A stretch of 63,910 nt of DNA, the filler included, from Nanobdellati archaeon (GTDB lineage: Archaea; Nanobdellota; Nanobdellia; Woesearchaeales; JAADFO01), in assembly GCA_013152815.1 (NCBI GenBank). It is 4 parts of 4 records of this genome, joined end to end, with 100 filler letters (N's around TTAATTAATTAA, not from the genome) between each part and the next. Parts side by side here need not be neighbours in the genome. Positions count along the whole stretch, not along the records: positions 37,806 to 51,374 come from JAADFO010000069.1; 3 more parts are not named here. One strand, 5' to 3'. The stretch's first letter is position 1; every line of letters begins with the position of its first letter. Under the pieces are notes generated by a model. It searched no databases, was not told where the DNA came from, and saw only the letters and a program-made list of their open reading frames with translations. Position numbers and translations under genes: made by a program. Below are positions 39,103 to 49,112 of the stretch, in pieces.

Positions 39103-40107
39103 ATGATTTGGTATATGTGGGCAGGAGCTACTCTTGCGACCGGATATTCTGGATATGTCATGATACGGCGACATCGTCGGCACAGGAGAGATGCCGTATG
39201 GATAAATGGACAAGAGGAACATTTGGACAGGGATATCAGGAAAGATACCAGAGACATAATCAAGGATGATGCATCGCTTTTGGCATTGGATGATGAACAG
39301 CGTCAGCTCACCGGAAAGACCATGACCTTTTTCTCGCAGAAACGTTCATTGGCAATGGAGAATCTGGACTATGCGAAGCAGGTCGCCAGGCTGAAAGGAA
39401 CAAGAGAAGGATCTTTGTCCAAAAGGGAGAAACCATTGGTATTGGCGGCTTTTGCCAACGCACGGCGCCTTGGTCATCTGATCACGCTGCAGGCCGACGA
39501 GCTCAGGGACATCGTCCGAGATGAGAAGAAGGAACACTTCTATCTGAGACGGATCATCAAAGAAGAGAAATGGAGCAGAAGGGACATCAAGAAAGTGAAG
39601 CGGTACCGAAGATGGGAACAGATATCAGAGAGCAGACAGGAACAGGGCGGACGACTGAGAAGGGCCGTTCGTATGCTGAGGAAAAAAGGCAGGCTGGAAA
39701 AGAAAGAGCTTTCCCTGGAGAAGCGAGAACTGCCGCAGGAACGGACGATGTATGAGGATGACCGAACGATGAAGAAGTTGCTCGAAGGATACCATGAGGT
39801 CCTGCGGGCCCAGCTCAAGGAGATAACGTATCAAATAGGTCTTCTCAGAGATCACGTTAAGTACAGCACAAAGAAAGGCCTGATGAATGGGTATTTGAAG
39901 GCATCTGAGAATCTCCAGCGGAAGATCGGGAAAGAGGCCTCGCTCATCATGCAGCTGCAGGAGAAGGAGGAGGAGATGAAGGAATATCTCGAAGAGTTAC
40001 GCAAGGAAGAGCGTCGGGAGCTGAAAGACGAACGGCTCGACGCAAAACGTGTCGAGCTTCCTGACAACCTTTCTGGCAAAAAAGGCGAATTGGAACCTGT
40101 TGCCTAA
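39103..40107 (+). CDS. charged coiled-coil protein with N-terminal membrane anchor
   Basis: short hydrophobic N-terminus followed by R/K/E-rich helices; TATAAATA about 25 nt upstream. Confidence 0.6.
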   Translation: MIWYMWAGATLATGYSGYVMIRRHRRHRRDAVWINGQEEHLDRDIRKDTRDIIKDDASLLALDDEQRQLTGKTMTFFSQKRSLAMENLDYAKQVARLKGTREGSLSKREKPLVLAAFANARRLGHLITLQADELRDIVRDEKKEHFYLRRIIKEEKWSRRDIKKVKRYRRWEQISESRQEQGGRLRRAVRMLRKKGRLEKKELSLEKRELPQERTMYEDDRTMKKLLEGYHEVLRAQLKEITYQIGLLRDHVKYSTKKGLMNGYLKASENLQRKIGKEASLIMQLQEKEEEMKEYLEELRKEERRELKDERLDAKRVELPDNLSGKKGELEPVA

Positions 40108-40166
40108 ACCGGAAGACAAGACCATTCTAAAGAAGATTTATATATGGTTCCTGCATCATAACAACC

Positions 40167-41225
40167 ATGAGAATCCTCCACAAAGACCTCAAGAAGGGAG
40201 AGGTGAAGCTGCTCACAGAGAACCCGGACGACCTCTGGTATCTTTCTCACCTCATCGACCCCCAGGACATTGTCAGAGGAAAGGCCGAACGCAAGATCAA
40301 GCTCGGGAAAGAAGGGGAGAAGCAGAAGGTCTCCCGAAGACAGTTCACCGTGGTCATAGCCGTCGACAAGATAGAGTACGGCAAGGACCTGGTGAGATTG
40401 AACGGGAAGATCATGGACGGCCCGGAGGATGTCCCCAGAGGAAGCTACCAGGCCATCGACATAGGCATCGGCAGCACAGTCATGGTGACGAAGAAGCAGT
40501 GGTTGAGGTACCATCTCGACCGCCTGGACGAATCACAGAAGAGCACGAGACCGAGCATCCTCATCTGCGTCCATGACCGGGAAGATGCCATCTTCGCGCT
40601 TTTCAGGAGAGACACGGTCGAAGTGCTCAGCGAACTCTCTGGCCAACCTCAGAAGAAAGAGAAAGAGAGCAAGGCATCTGGCGACTTCTATGGTGATGTC
40701 GTCAGGATCCTCGACCAGTACCGGGAACGCTATGGACTCGAACACATCCTTCTCGCGTCTCCAGGGTTCTTCAAAGAGGACCTGATGAAACGGGTCGCTC
40801 ATCCGTTGAAGAAGATCATCACGCTTGCTACCTGTTCATCGGTATCGAAGAATGCCATCAATGAGGTCCTGAAGAGGGACGAGGTGAAACAGGTCCTCAA
40901 AGAGGACCGCATGACCCAGGAAAGCCTGCTCGTGGAAGAGCTCCTCGAAGAGATAGGGAAGAGAGGCAAGGCGACCTACGGGCTGGGACAGGTAGAACAG
41001 GCAACAAGGCGCGGAGCGGTAGAGACCCTCCTGGTGACCGATACACTCATCCGGACGAGCAGAGAAGAAGACACCTATGCTGTGCTCGATGGTCTGATGA
41101 AGCTCACCGAACAGAACAAGGGAAAGGTACGCATCATATCAACCGAACACGAGACAGGGAAACAGCTCCAGGGCCTGGGCGGCATCGGAGCTCTGCTGCG
41201 CTACCGGGCGGAAGATCTGGCATGA
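40167..41225 (+). CDS. pelA: pelota/Dom34 ribosome rescue factor
   Basis: ENPDDLWYLSHLI..D.V, LASPGFFK, GAVETLLVTD, HETGKQLQGLGGIGALLRY. Confidence 0.96.
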   Translation: MRILHKDLKKGEVKLLTENPDDLWYLSHLIDPQDIVRGKAERKIKLGKEGEKQKVSRRQFTVVIAVDKIEYGKDLVRLNGKIMDGPEDVPRGSYQAIDIGIGSTVMVTKKQWLRYHLDRLDESQKSTRPSILICVHDREDAIFALFRRDTVEVLSELSGQPQKKEKESKASGDFYGDVVRILDQYRERYGLEHILLASPGFFKEDLMKRVAHPLKKIITLATCSSVSKNAINEVLKRDEVKQVLKEDRMTQESLLVEELLEEIGKRGKATYGLGQVEQATRRGAVETLLVTDTLIRTSREEDTYAVLDGLMKLTEQNKGKVRIISTEHETGKQLQGLGGIGALLRYRAEDLA

Positions 41226-41307
41226 ACAGGCAGGGAGATTTATAAAGAACAGTATATGAAAAGCTCATGGAAAAGCTATATAAACATGACGTCTCTCAGG
41301 AAAGACC

Positions 41308-42048
41308 ATGATTTTCAACAAGAAAGGCGAGAAGAAAGGGACGAAAAAAGAGGTCCTTCCGACGAGACCCGAGCTCAGCCATGCCGACCGGCTGGAGCAC
41401 GGCCAGCTGATGGTGCGATCGGTCATCGAGGTCCTGGGAAAACCCGAGCCTCATGTCAAGCACACCCTCAAGACCCTTGTGGGAGAACTCGACAAGAGCG
41501 ATTCATTCACCATCGTCAAGAAAGAGTATTCGAGGACCAAGAAGATCGGGGGCCTGCACTCCATGTTTGTGGACGTGGAGTTCTGGGCCAAGAACATCAC
41601 CGTCCTGAACGGGTTCTGCATCGATTATATGCCTTCTTCCATCGAAGTGCTGGAACCGGAGCAGCCACGGCTCAAGGCCCACGAGATCATGGCTTTCCTC
41701 AATGATTTTCTGGCGAAGCTCCACGAGATAGACATGCTTGCGAAGAATCTCCGACAGCAGAACGCTGTCCTCTCCAACAATATCGTGAACCTCTACCGTA
41801 ATGTCATACGGTTGATCCTGCTGGACGGACCCAAGGAAGAGCAGCTTCTTGCACGGATGACCGGAACCGACCCCGCAGGCATCAGCAAAGTCCTCGCAAG
41901 CCTGAAGAAGGAGGGGATGATACAGAAAGAAGGGACCGCCTGGAGATTGCATCGGGAAAACAAGGACGACAAGAAACCGGACAACAAGAAACCGAAAGGG
42001 TCTGAAGAGAGCAGGAAAGAGGAAGAGAAGGGAAACGCACATGGATGA
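41308..42048 (+). CDS. hypothetical protein with coiled coil and C-terminal wHTH-like segment
   Basis: IEVLGKPE.HV...YMPSSIEVLEP domain; LARMTG....ISKVL..L..EG.I helix-turn-helix-like end; overlaps the scpB start. Confidence 0.7.
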   Translation: MIFNKKGEKKGTKKEVLPTRPELSHADRLEHGQLMVRSVIEVLGKPEPHVKHTLKTLVGELDKSDSFTIVKKEYSRTKKIGGLHSMFVDVEFWAKNITVLNGFCIDYMPSSIEVLEPEQPRLKAHEIMAFLNDFLAKLHEIDMLAKNLRQQNAVLSNNIVNLYRNVIRLILLDGPKEEQLLARMTGTDPAGISKVLASLKKEGMIQKEGTAWRLHRENKDDKKPDNKKPKGSEESRKEEEKGNAHG

Positions 42049-43090
42049 TGCATCCTTTCTTGAGCTCCAGAACCGGGCAGAGGCGATCATCTTCGCCATC
42101 GGCAAGAGCACAGAATTAGAGGCCATAGCCCGTCTGGTCAAGGAGAAGGACGAGAAGGCTGTGAAGAAAGCCCTGGAGAGCGTCAGGGAACGCTATGACC
42201 GGCAGAAGAGTCCGCTCATGCTGGTGGAAGACGGAAGCAGATGGAAACTGACCGTGAGGGAGCGGTATCTGGCCCTGGTCCGAAACATCGTCGCTGACAC
42301 CGAACTTTCCAGGACGGTCATCGAGACGCTGGCCGTGGTCGCCTGGAAGAACCCGGTCAAACAGTCTGACATCATCAAGATACGGACGAACAAGGCCTAT
42401 GACCATCTGAAGGAACTCGAAGAGATGGGGTTCATCACGCGGCAGAAATTCCAACGCACCCGCATAGTCAAGCTCACCGAGAAGTTCTTCCGCTATTTTG
42501 AGCTGGAAGGCAACCATTCGATAAAAGAGGTGCTCAGCGCAAGGAACATCAAAGGGCCGGAACAGAAGACCCTGCCATCCTCAGGACCGGCCGGAGAGAG
42601 ACCGGGGTCTTTGTCTTCTGAAGGAGAAGAAGGCAACGTCCTGGAGACCTATGACGAAAAGGACGGAGCAGACAGGGCAACCCAGGTCAAAGAAGAGGAG
42701 ACCGAGCATCTTGGCCTGTTGGAGGTGGTCGACGAACCCGGACAGGAGACCGCGGAAAAGAACAGGGACAGACCTGCCGGAGAAGGGCTTCAAGAGCTCC
42801 CCCCTGCAGAAGGGACAGACACCGAAAAGGCCACAGACGACCGGAAGAACGAAGGAGAAGAAGATCCTGCAGCAGAAGAGGAAGAAGTCACCTCCCCGGA
42901 TCATGAGAAGAAAGAGACGCCTGAGAAAACAGGCGCGAAGGGACAGGACAAGGAAAGCAGAGGAACAGAAGAGGCAGGGAAAGGGGGGGAAGGACAAGGA
43001 CCAGATGGGCCGGCCAAGGATCCCTTTGATGAAGAGCTGGAAGAGAGTGTCCTGGAAAGACCCAAAGGGACCGGTGGGCGGGAGGGATAG
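42041..43090 (+). CDS. scpB: SMC-Scp complex subunit ScpB with long acidic tail
   Basis: EAIIFA, ELS...ETLAVVAWKNPVKQSDIIKIR...AYDHLKELEEMGFI, T.KF..YF. Confidence 0.9.
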   Translation: MDDASFLELQNRAEAIIFAIGKSTELEAIARLVKEKDEKAVKKALESVRERYDRQKSPLMLVEDGSRWKLTVRERYLALVRNIVADTELSRTVIETLAVVAWKNPVKQSDIIKIRTNKAYDHLKELEEMGFITRQKFQRTRIVKLTEKFFRYFELEGNHSIKEVLSARNIKGPEQKTLPSSGPAGERPGSLSSEGEEGNVLETYDEKDGADRATQVKEEETEHLGLLEVVDEPGQETAEKNRDRPAGEGLQELPPAEGTDTEKATDDRKNEGEEDPAAEEEEVTSPDHEKKETPEKTGAKGQDKESRGTEEAGKGGEGQGPDGPAKDPFDEELEESVLERPKGTGGREG

Positions 43091-43091
43091 G

Positions 43092-43241
43092 ATGATGCTC
43101 CTCCTTCAGTGTCCGAAGTGCAAACAAAGGATGAAGTATGCTACGAGGACAAGGATCCTCGGCGGCAAGAGGAAACAGTGTGTCTATTGCGGCCGGTCGT
43201 TCACTGCAAAAGGTCATATAGTCAAAGAGATCACGAGATGA
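43092..43241 (+). CDS. 49-aa zinc-ribbon protein
   Basis: CPKC...CVYCG; starts 1 nt after the scpB stop. Confidence 0.75.
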   Translation: MMLLLQCPKCKQRMKYATRTRILGGKRKQCVYCGRSFTAKGHIVKEITR

Positions 43242-43316
43242 AGCACGTAAACAGCAACACATAAAAAGCCGTGAAAGTTGCTTTTCTCATGCATTTTACC
43301 GAGGAGAACTAAGAAT

Positions 43317-45950
43317 ATGAGCCATCCATCTGAAGCAGTACGACGGAGACGGGAAGAGGACGCTCCAGAGGAGGGCCCTGCCAAGCAGGAAGACGATCCT
43401 TCTGACATGCCACGAGAGATAGAAGACGAGATGAAGCAGTCCTATCTGGACTATGCCATGAGCGTCATCGTCGGAAGGGCGCTCCCCGATGTGCGGGACG
43501 GGCTCAAGCCGGTCCATCGGAGGATCCTCTACGCCATGAGTGAACTGAACCTTCTCCATGCGAAGCCTTTCAAGAAGTCAGCAAGGATCGTCGGAGAGGT
43601 GCTGGGCAAATACCATCCCCACGGAGACACCGCTGTCTATGATGCGTTGGTCCGCATGGCACAGAATTTCTCGTTGAGATATCCTCTGGTCGACGGGCAG
43701 GGAAATTTCGGATCGGTGGACGGTGACCGGGCAGCTGCCATGCGATACACCGAAGCGAGGATGCAGAAGCTCGCCGAAGAGATGCTCGTGGACATAGACA
43801 AGGAGACCGTCGATTTCACCCCGAACTTCGATGATTCCCTGAAAGAGCCCTCGGTCCTGCCTGCACGGGTACCCAATCTTCTGGTCAACGGCAGTGCCGG
43901 CATCGCCGTCGGCATGGCCACGAACATCCCGCCGCACAACCTATCAGAGGTCGCTGCGGGAGTCATCAGGCTCGTCGACAACCCCGAACTCACCCCTCTT
44001 GAGCTGATGGACACCATCAAAGGTCCGGACTTTCCTACCGGCGCCCGGATCATCGGGCTCAACGGCATACGCATGGCGTATAAGACCGGCCATGGCAAGG
44101 TGAAGATCAGGTCGGTACACACGATAGAGAAGAAGGGGGAGCATGAACGCATAGTCGTGACCCAGATCCCCTACATGGTCAACAAGGCACAGATGATCGA
44201 ACAGATTGCAGGGCTCGTCAAAGACAAGAAGGTGCAGGGCATCGCCGACATCAGGGATGAGTCTGATAAGGACGGCATCCGGATCGTCATCGACCTGAAG
44301 AGGGACGCCAACGACGAGATTGTGGTCAACCAGCTGCTCAAGCATTCAAGGCTCCAGGTCACCTTCGGCATCAACATGCTCGGTCTGGTGGAGAACCAGC
44401 CCAGGGTACTCAACCTCCACGAACTGCTTTCCGTGTTCATAGACCATCGGAAACAGGTGGTCACCAGGAAGACCGCCCATGACCTCAGGAAGGCCGAGGA
44501 ACGGGCCCATCTCCTAGAGGGCCTTATCGTGGCACTGGACCATATCGACAGGATAATCGCCCTGATCAGGGGTGCCAAGGAGACGGCCATAGCAAAGAAA
44601 GAGCTGATAGAGAGCTATGACCTGTCAGAGAGGCAGGCCGTTGCCATCCTGGAGATGCGGCTCCAGAGGTTGACCGGCCTTGAACGGGAGAAGATCCGGA
44701 AAGAGCATCGGAAGCTCCTGGAACTCATCAAAGAGCTCAAAGCAATCCTGGGCGATGTCAAGAGGATATACAGCATCATCAAAGAGGACATGCGTGACGT
44801 GATCGCTGCCTATGGTGACCCGCGCAGGACCGAAATCCTCGACGCAGAGGAGGATGATATCGATATCGAAGACCTCATAGAGAGCGAATATCAGGTAGTC
44901 ACCGTCACGCGGCTCGGCTATGTCAAGAGACAGACACTCGATGCCTACAGGAAGCAGAACAGGGGCGGCAAGGGCATCATCGGCACAGGGACCAGGGACG
45001 AGGATTTTGTCGAGAAGATCTTTGTGGCCAACACGCATTCGTTCATCCTCTGCTTCACCGAATCGGGCCAGGTCCATTGGCTCAAGGTCTATCAGATCCC
45101 CGAAGGGACCAGGACATCCAAAGGAAAGCCCATCGTCAACCTCATCGAGAAGAACAACCAGGAGAAAGTGACCGCCATGATCGCGGTCAGGAGATTCGAG
45201 GACGACAAGTATCTGCTGCTCGCCACCCGGAAGGGCATCATCAAGAAGACCGTCCTCTCGGCCTATGCCAAACCCCGTAGAGGCGGCATCCGGGCCATCA
45301 TCCTGGATAAGGACGACCGACTCATCGGCGCAAGGATAACGGACGGCAGCCAGAACATCCTCCTGGCGACCAAGAACGGCAATGCCATCAAGTTCAGCGA
45401 ACGGGATGCGCGCCCCATAGGAAGGACCGCCAAAGGGGTCATCGGCATGAGACTGAAAGGCGATGATGAAGTCATAGGCATGGTCGTCGCCTCCGAGGAC
45501 AGGTCGCTGCTTACCATCACAGAGAAAGGCTATGGCAAACGGACTCCCCTCGTGGAGTACAGCAGGATAAACCGCGGCGGCCTCGGTGTCATCAACATCA
45601 AGGTGAATGAGCGGAACGGAAAGGTGGTGGCCATACGCCCGGTGGATGAAGAGGACGAGATGATGATCATCTCCCGGTCGGGCATCATCATCAGGATTCC
45701 TGTGAGAAGCGTGTCAAAGATAGGCAGGAACACCCAGGGCGTGAGGATCATGCGCCTGAAGAAGGATGACCAGGTGGTCTCTGCTGCCCGGGTCATCCAT
45801 GAAGAGCAGGAGATCCTGCAGGAGGAAGAGGTGGCGAAGGAAGAGGACCAGGCCGCTGTCAATATCGTGGAGACAGAGGATGACCAGCTCATCCTCGAAC
45901 AGGAAGACATAGCCAAGATGGAAAAGACGGATCAGGAAGAGCATCTTTGA
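43317..45950 (+). CDS. gyrA: DNA gyrase subunit A
   Basis: [29 protein letters not shown], GyrA-box QNRGGKG, C-terminal beta-pinwheel repeats. Confidence 0.97.
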   Translation: MSHPSEAVRRRREEDAPEEGPAKQEDDPSDMPREIEDEMKQSYLDYAMSVIVGRALPDVRDGLKPVHRRILYAMSELNLLHAKPFKKSARIVGEVLGKYHPHGDTAVYDALVRMAQNFSLRYPLVDGQGNFGSVDGDRAAAMRYTEARMQKLAEEMLVDIDKETVDFTPNFDDSLKEPSVLPARVPNLLVNGSAGIAVGMATNIPPHNLSEVAAGVIRLVDNPELTPLELMDTIKGPDFPTGARIIGLNGIRMAYKTGHGKVKIRSVHTIEKKGEHERIVVTQIPYMVNKAQMIEQIAGLVKDKKVQGIADIRDESDKDGIRIVIDLKRDANDEIVVNQLLKHSRLQVTFGINMLGLVENQPRVLNLHELLSVFIDHRKQVVTRKTAHDLRKAEERAHLLEGLIVALDHIDRIIALIRGAKETAIAKKELIESYDLSERQAVAILEMRLQRLTGLEREKIRKEHRKLLELIKELKAILGDVKRIYSIIKEDMRDVIAAYGDPRRTEILDAEEDDIDIEDLIESEYQVVTVTRLGYVKRQTLDAYRKQNRGGKGIIGTGTRDEDFVEKIFVANTHSFILCFTESGQVHWLKVYQIPEGTRTSKGKPIVNLIEKNNQEKVTAMIAVRRFEDDKYLLLATRKGIIKKTVLSAYAKPRRGGIRAIILDKDDRLIGARITDGSQNILLATKNGNAIKFSERDARPIGRTAKGVIGMRLKGDDEVIGMVVASEDRSLLTITEKGYGKRTPLVEYSRINRGGLGVINIKVNERNGKVVAIRPVDEEDEMMIISRSGIIIRIPVRSVSKIGRNTQGVRIMRLKKDDQVVSAARVIHEEQEILQEEEVAKEEDQAAVNIVETEDDQLILEQEDIAKMEKTDQEEHL

Positions 45951-46115
45951 CCCTCTGACAGCTCATTCTTCAGATGATGTAAGGCATACTGTTCATGCAA
46001 AGGAGGCACACCGCCGACGATACCTCCTCACCCACGCTCCCCCGCCTGTACCCCTTTGCCTATCCTGCAGACCAGAACAGAAGGTTTATAACGGCGATAG
46101 GCTTTGCCGGGATAC

Positions 46116-47312
46116 ATGGGCTATCCTTCATTTGTGGTGTGCCATCAGGGGATGGAAGATGTCGCCGCCAGAGAGATCGCGGAACTCACGAGGGCAAAGA
46201 AGACCGAGGTCGCTGCAGGCGGCGCCGTGGTCAGGTTCAACGCAGGGAAGAAAGAGGACCTCCTGCGGCTCATCTATCTCGGGCAGAGCATCCATAAGGT
46301 TGCACATTACCTCGGTTCCTGCAATATCGAGAAGGGCGGCCTGGAGAACATCAAGACGCTTCTTCGAAGCTGCGACTACCGGTCATTCATCGATAAGGAC
46401 GATGCGTTCAGGGTGAAGTGCAGACGCGTCGGAGACCATGATTTCTCGTCGAACACCCTCGCCGAGGAAGCAGGTGAAGCGATCATCGCCGCAGTAGAGG
46501 AACAGCAGGGATTCAAGCCAGGGGTGGATCTCGAGGAAGCGCCTGTGACCGTCTTCATCTGTCTGCAGGGGAACGACTGCACCGTCGGTATAGACCTCTG
46601 CCCGCTGGACCTGTCGAAGCGTCCCTATCGCCTGTTCACCACCGCCCTCTCCCTCAAGGCGACCCTCGCCTACTCCCTGCTCCGATTGGCAGGCTTCAGC
46701 AAAAGAGAGGTGTTGGTCGATCCGTTCTGCAGGGATGGCCTCCTGCCCATCGAAGCGGCGCTGAAGAGCAACGGACGGTCGGCCCACGCGTTCACCAAGG
46801 ACCATCTCGGTCTGGAGAGCGTCGCTTTCTTCCATGGTCTCGATACCCAGCAAGTGCTCGAAGCCATGGACAGGGAACAGACGGAAAAGAAGATCGAGGC
46901 ATACGGGTATGCTTCCCAGCTTCATTTCCTGGCGAACGCCAAGAAGAATGCGAAGATCGCCGATGTCCACAAGCTAGTGGAGTTCTCCAAGGTCGATGTG
47001 GAATGGCTCGACACCAAGTTCGACAAGGGAACTGTGGATCTGATCGTGACGCGGCCGCCGGAGACCAGCGCCAGGGTGAAAAGTTCAGAGATAGAGAAGC
47101 TCTACAAAGAACTGTTCTACCAGGCCGATTTTGTGCTGGCCAGTGAAGGGAAGATAGCAGTATTGACAAATTCTGTTCCTGCCATCGAGAAATGGGCCGG
47201 ACGATACCGGTTCAAGAAACAGGAGGACAGGAGGGTGTGGCAGGGAAAGATGGCCTTGCACGCGATGGTGTTCGTCCGCTCTGAAGAAGGGACAGAAGAA
47301 AAAGAGGAATGA
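46116..47312 (+). CDS. THUMP-domain RNA methyltransferase-like protein (Trm14/Trm11 family) with degenerate motifs
   Basis: G.ED.AAREI, THUMP domain, LSKRPYR; DPFCRDG and IVTRPP in place of DPxCGSG and NPPY. Confidence 0.78.
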   Translation: MGYPSFVVCHQGMEDVAAREIAELTRAKKTEVAAGGAVVRFNAGKKEDLLRLIYLGQSIHKVAHYLGSCNIEKGGLENIKTLLRSCDYRSFIDKDDAFRVKCRRVGDHDFSSNTLAEEAGEAIIAAVEEQQGFKPGVDLEEAPVTVFICLQGNDCTVGIDLCPLDLSKRPYRLFTTALSLKATLAYSLLRLAGFSKREVLVDPFCRDGLLPIEAALKSNGRSAHAFTKDHLGLESVAFFHGLDTQQVLEAMDREQTEKKIEAYGYASQLHFLANAKKNAKIADVHKLVEFSKVDVEWLDTKFDKGTVDLIVTRPPETSARVKSSEIEKLYKELFYQADFVLASEGKIAVLTNSVPAIEKWAGRYRFKKQEDRRVWQGKMALHAMVFVRSEEGTEEKEE

Positions 47313-47429
47313 ATGCCTCCCAGAGGAGCATTCAGTTCCATGGTTCAGTTCTCAAGAGTGTCCATAGGCATAGCTCATCCTCTCTCTCCGGGATCCGCAG
47401 CAGAAGATGCCTACCCCTTCTCGGCCGCA

Positions 47430-48707
47430 TCAGCGCCGGAGCATCCGGTTGATCTTGAGATCGCTCCAGAATTGGGTCACCGACGGCCAGCGCTTCCGGA
47501 TGCGCCGGGGAAAGAACATCAGCGGAGAAGCGACGAAGAGCCGGACCATGACACGGAAGCGGTGGTTCGCCGCATAGCGCATGCGTCGGTCCACAGTATC
47601 ATAGACCCTGGTAGTGAAGAGGATAAAAGGATAGCCTGCCGCCACCAGGCCGACAAGGATCAGGGAATAGCGGAAACTGCCGAGAAGAGAGAAGCTGACA
47701 AGCACCGAAAGCGTCCCGAAGAACCTTCCGACCATGAGGAGATAGGTCCTGCCGAGCATCGCGTCATGGAGGTCTTTCTTGGAGTCGATGACCACGGTCA
47801 TCATCAGGGGGCTGGCGATGCCACGGAAGAAGCTGAACAGGCCGACGACGATAAGCCAGCCCCAGAAAGAATCGGTGAAGGCGGCGGCGATGGTGAAAGC
47901 GGCCATGAAGATGGTGGCAGGATAGATGAAGATGGAACGGTTCCTGTATCGGTCGGCAAGACGGCTCAGCACGAATGAAGCCAGAACACCGATGATTCCG
48001 AGATAGGAGAGGAATGCTCCGAATCCGAGCGGACTGTGGACATAGGAGAGGGTGATGATGGGGATGAGCACATAGTAGCTGGCCTGCCAGAAGCCGTCGA
48101 TGAAGAGCAGCCGCTTGAGGTTCTGCATGGAAGCGAGGGCACGGACGATGTTGTATTCTGCATTCTTGGCAGGGAGTTTCTTGAAGGCATACCAGGATGC
48201 GAAGAGGAACGGGATGCTGAGGAGAAAAGAGGTCTGGAACCCGATGACTCCCGAAAGGAGACCTGTCAGGAGAGGGACAAGGACGCTGACGATGGGTCCG
48301 ATGGATGCGAGGATGGCTGAGGCAAAGGCCGTCCCTCCTTCGGTGGTCAGTTCGAAATAGCGGATGTTGTAGACGACCCAGAAGAAGCTCCAGAAGGTGC
48401 CGTAGATGATGGCCAGGAGCCAGAGCTGCCAGCGGAAGAAGAGATGCACCAACAGGAGGACCATGATGAGACGGAGGAACAGGCCGCGGGTGATGATGCG
48501 TTTCATCCCTCGGGTATGGAAGAAGGTCTGGACGACGATGGTGGTGAAAAAAGCGACAAGATAGAACAAGACCAGGTCGATGAAGGAATAGCCGTTGGCG
48601 AGGAGATAGACCGGGAAGATGGCCCAGGAGAACCAATGGGAGATGTAATAGAGCAGTTGTCCGAGGATGAGGCTGAGAAAGTCTTTGTTGCGGACAAAGG
48701 ACGCCAT
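47430..48707 (-). CDS. MFS transporter
   Basis: about 12 TM helices; SRLADRYRNR loop motif. Confidence 0.85.
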   Translation of the reverse strand: MASFVRNKDFLSLILGQLLYYISHWFSWAIFPVYLLANGYSFIDLVLFYLVAFFTTIVVQTFFHTRGMKRIITRGLFLRLIMVLLLVHLFFRWQLWLLAIIYGTFWSFFWVVYNIRYFELTTEGGTAFASAILASIGPIVSVLVPLLTGLLSGVIGFQTSFLLSIPFLFASWYAFKKLPAKNAEYNIVRALASMQNLKRLLFIDGFWQASYYVLIPIITLSYVHSPLGFGAFLSYLGIIGVLASFVLSRLADRYRNRSIFIYPATIFMAAFTIAAAFTDSFWGWLIVVGLFSFFRGIASPLMMTVVIDSKKDLHDAMLGRTYLLMVGRFFGTLSVLVSFSLLGSFRYSLILVGLVAAGYPFILFTTRVYDTVDRRMRYAANHRFRVMVRLFVASPLMFFPRRIRKRWPSVTQFWSDLKINRMLRR

Positions 48708-48735
48708 GGGGCGCCTTCGGGGACAGGAGTATAAA

Positions 48736-49062
48736 TTATTTACGCAGCGCTGGTCCCTGTGGCTGCTGCTCTTCTGCGTCGAACTTCTCCCTGGCCTTTT
48801 CCTCTTTCCAGAAGACCGAGTGGGAAGCGCGTTTCTCGAAGAGCGCTATGGCAAGCCTCACCCTGCTCGTGTCGAAATCCTTCATGCTCCGGGAACGCAT
48901 GATCTTTGTTGCGTCGTCCAGGCATTCCTCCATGAGCCGGATGTTGGTGGCTCTTGCTGCCTCGTCCACCAGGCGCTCCTCATCAGAAGAGAGATAGACA
49001 TCCTGCCAGTTAGGATACGCTGATTTGTCTGACCGTCGTGGAAATGCCTTTGAAAAAACCAT
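48736..49062 (-). CDS. hypothetical protein
   Basis: 108 aa with TTG start and GAGGGG RBS; host-like codons; between the ATPase and the MFS gene. Confidence 0.65.
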   Translation of the reverse strand: MVFSKAFPRRSDKSAYPNWQDVYLSSDEERLVDEAARATNIRLMEECLDDATKIMRSRSMKDFDTSRVRLAIALFEKRASHSVFWKEEKAREKFDAEEQQPQGPALRK

Positions 49063-49112
49063 TGCAACCCCTCAAGACAGAGCAAGTCTCCTGGATATTT
49101 ATGCTTTTGGGC

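Noticed and set aside
43317..45950. Bacterial-type gyrase (and PepA) in an archaeon as a novelty or contamination
   Set aside because: Gyrase is known in several archaeal lineages; the gene has host-like codon usage and shares a contig with pelota.
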